A DNA stretch of 64,000 bases from an uncultured Methanoregulaceae archaeon. GTDB taxonomy: Archaea; Halobacteriota; Methanomicrobia; Methanomicrobiales; Methanospirillaceae. Numbering within the stretch: the first letter of the stretch is position 1; each line of letters starts with the position of its first letter. Shown here piece after piece: positions 62,189 to 64,000 of this stretch. Location: NCBI GenBank assembly GCA_963701095.1, contig OY969564.1, positions 192,001 through 256,000 of the forward strand, written 5' to 3'. Under the pieces are notes generated by a model. That model was not told the origin of the DNA, ran no database searches, and was given only the letters and a program-made list of their open reading frames with translations. The position numbers and the translations under genes were made by a program.

Positions 62189-63004
62189 ATGACCGATGCC
62201 CCTGTAAAGATTGAACATGAAGGAAAATGGGTTGTTGTCCAAGCTTCAATTGGCGAAGACAGGATTACGTTTCCCGCACCGGTTAACAAAGAAGTAATTT
62301 TTAAATCAGTCTTCGACCTTGAGGAAAAAAAGAGCATTCTCATTATCACAGTAAAGGGAACCCCGGACACCATCATACGGCTTGCAAGTGTCGAAAAAGT
62401 TCTCATCGTATTAAAACGCCTTATTCTTGTCGGTTGTAACGCTTATCGTCTCATGGCATATTTCATGTCTCCTGCTATACGGGGAGGCGTCCTCGCCAAA
62501 AATGCACAATGGGAGAAAGGCAGCATTGTTGTCGTAAAAACTGGCATCTGGTTTGTCAGTGCAACAAAACAGATCTGCGTTCCTCTCAAAGATGTAGCGG
62601 CGATTGAACTTACCAAACGGGATGTGCAGGGAAAACAGACCGATGTCGTCAGAATCGATCATGTAGAATCCGGGGAAGTAGTTTCCAGTCTTGTTCTTTG
62701 TCCTCTCTCTACCCTTCAGGTCCTTTCTAATTTTCTTACCGACGCCACAAAAGGCATAGACATGAAAGGTAACGAACTGGATGCCATCGGTCAGCAGGTT
62801 GCAATGCTGATATATTCCGGGATGGATTCACATGCTATTGAGAACATGCTTAATCTCCCCCATAAACAGCTCGATGAAATCTATGATCGTATAATAAAAC
62901 TCGGTATCGCTGAGGTCGTAATCATAAGGCGTGAAGTCCAGCTTACCACAAAAGGGGTCAGATATATCTCAGATGCGACAAAAACACAAACAAACTCAAA
63001 TTAA
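62189..63004 (+). CDS. cheF: Chemotaxis adaptor CheF
   Basis: PAIRGGV...WEKG and LMLYSG-like MLIYSG motifs; upstream of cheY. Confidence 0.8.
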   Translation: MTDAPVKIEHEGKWVVVQASIGEDRITFPAPVNKEVIFKSVFDLEEKKSILIITVKGTPDTIIRLASVEKVLIVLKRLILVGCNAYRLMAYFMSPAIRGGVLAKNAQWEKGSIVVVKTGIWFVSATKQICVPLKDVAAIELTKRDVQGKQTDVVRIDHVESGEVVSSLVLCPLSTLQVLSNFLTDATKGIDMKGNELDAIGQQVAMLIYSGMDSHAIENMLNLPHKQLDEIYDRIIKLGIAEVVIIRREVQLTTKGVRYISDATKTQTNSN

Positions 63005-63066
63005 AGCCATTTCCTCATCCACTATTGTTTTATAGGTACGCACTCAAATACTCTGTCTGATACTCA

Positions 63067-63429
63067 ATGGGAACTATTCTTATCGTGGATGACACACTTT
63101 TCATGAGAACCCTTCTCAAAAATATTCTCTTCTCTGGAGGCCATGCTATTGCAGGAGAGGCCGCAAACGGAGAAGAAGCGATAGCCAAATACAAGGAACT
63201 CAAACCGGATCTTGTCACCATGGACGTCGTTATGCCAAAGGTGAACGGGATCGAAGCGTTAAAAGCAATCAAAGCGATGGATCCTGCAGCCCGGGTCATC
63301 ATGTGCACCGCAGTCGGGCAGGAACAAATGGTCAAGCTGGCAATAAAAAGCGGCGCTAAAGGGTATATTGTCAAACCGTTCCAGGCACCCAAAGTTCTTG
63401 AAGAAGTTAAAAACGTGCTTGCAAGCTGA
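63067..63429 (+). CDS. cheY: Chemotaxis response regulator CheY
   Basis: VDD..FMR, TMDVVMP, CTAVGQ, KPF. Confidence 0.93.
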   Translation: MGTILIVDDTLFMRTLLKNILFSGGHAIAGEAANGEEAIAKYKELKPDLVTMDVVMPKVNGIEALKAIKAMDPAARVIMCTAVGQEQMVKLAIKSGAKGYIVKPFQAPKVLEEVKNVLAS

Positions 63430-63434
63430 CGGCC

Positions 63435-64000
63435 ATGGCAAAGGTTCTCATCGTTGATGACTCCGTATTTATGCGGACCGTCATCCGGGATATGCTCCAG
63501 AAAGATCCTTCACTTGAGATAGTGGGAACAGCATCAAACGGCGTTGAAGCACTGGAAAAGATTCGTATTCTCAAGCCAGATCTTGTGACACTGGATATCG
63601 AGATGCCCCAGATGAACGGTCTAAATGTGCTGCGTAATCTCAAGAATGCATCATGGCATCCTAAAACGCTCATGTTGAGTTCGCTTACATCGGAAGGAGC
63701 AGAGATGACGAATGAGGCAATAAGGTTGGGCGCTGACGATTTTATGCTTAAACCAAAAGATGTTCCCCAGCTCAGGCTTATTGCGGATGAGCTCGTTGCA
63801 ACCATCCATCATCTCCTTAATGCCCTTCCATCACCTCGCAAAGTGACTGCTGTTGCCAGAAAAAAGGATGGCGATGTCGAACGTGTAGTGCTTATCGGGT
63901 CATCAGCAGGTGGCCCTCCTATGCTTGATGCTCTCCTCTCGCAACTACCGGCTGACCTGCAGGCAAGTGTAGTTATCACTCAGCATATGCCTGTTGGTTT
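63435..64000 (+). CDS. cheB: Chemotaxis methylesterase CheB, truncated by window edge
   Basis: Manual translation: MAKVLIVDDSVFMR, TLDIEMP, IGSSAGGP, TQHMP. Confidence 0.93.
   Translation, partial: MAKVLIVDDSVFMRTVIRDMLQKDPSLEIVGTASNGVEALEKIRILKPDLVTLDIEMPQMNGLNVLRNLKNASWHPKTLMLSSLTSEGAEMTNEAIRLGADDFMLKPKDVPQLRLIADELVATIHHLLNALPSPRKVTAVARKKDGDVERVVLIGSSAGGPPMLDALLSQLPADLQASVVITQHMPVG

Noticed and set aside
1..64000. CRISPR arrays, IS elements, proviral genes, inteins, Sec/Pyl read-through
   Set aside because: I saw no repeat-spacer periodicity, transposase or integrase motifs, oversized core genes, or in-frame stops within conserved frames.

Overview
Archaeal chromosomal segment from a hydrogenotrophic methanogen, most consistent with Methanomicrobiales (Methanoregula-like) on gene content, order and protein style (inference, no database search). 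In order: partial TIGR00300-family gene, cobY/cobD, cdrS-ftsZ2, a coiled-coil (COG1340-like) gene and DUF373, alba, lysine genes (asd, dapB, dapA) with a small ferredoxin missing from the ORF track, rps17e, priL-PCNA, rlmE, moaA, aCPSF1-psmB, Sec61beta, cofE, a complete ACDS cluster (two cooC-like ATPases, cdhABCDE, RACE activator), tRNA-Leu(TAG), a hybrid kinase, a pilin, hom, NAD kinase/IMPase, aIF5A, and an archaellum/chemotaxis cluster running off the right end. I found no CRISPR array, transposase, integrase or intein. Nine apparent small frameshifts lie in the first ~33.4 kb, several in essential genes; they look like uncorrected long-read errors, and one creates a false dapA-dapB fusion. 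Best leads: an 11-bp-phased TGTCwGACA array in front of cdrS-ftsZ2, a ~300-nt structured leader with a small ORF and T-tract before the coiled-coil gene, an acidic membrane-anchored scaffold-like gene between arlJ and cheF, an HTH fused to a TiaS/marker-11-like domain, and a non-PGF C-terminal sorting signal. None is proven novel without homology searches.
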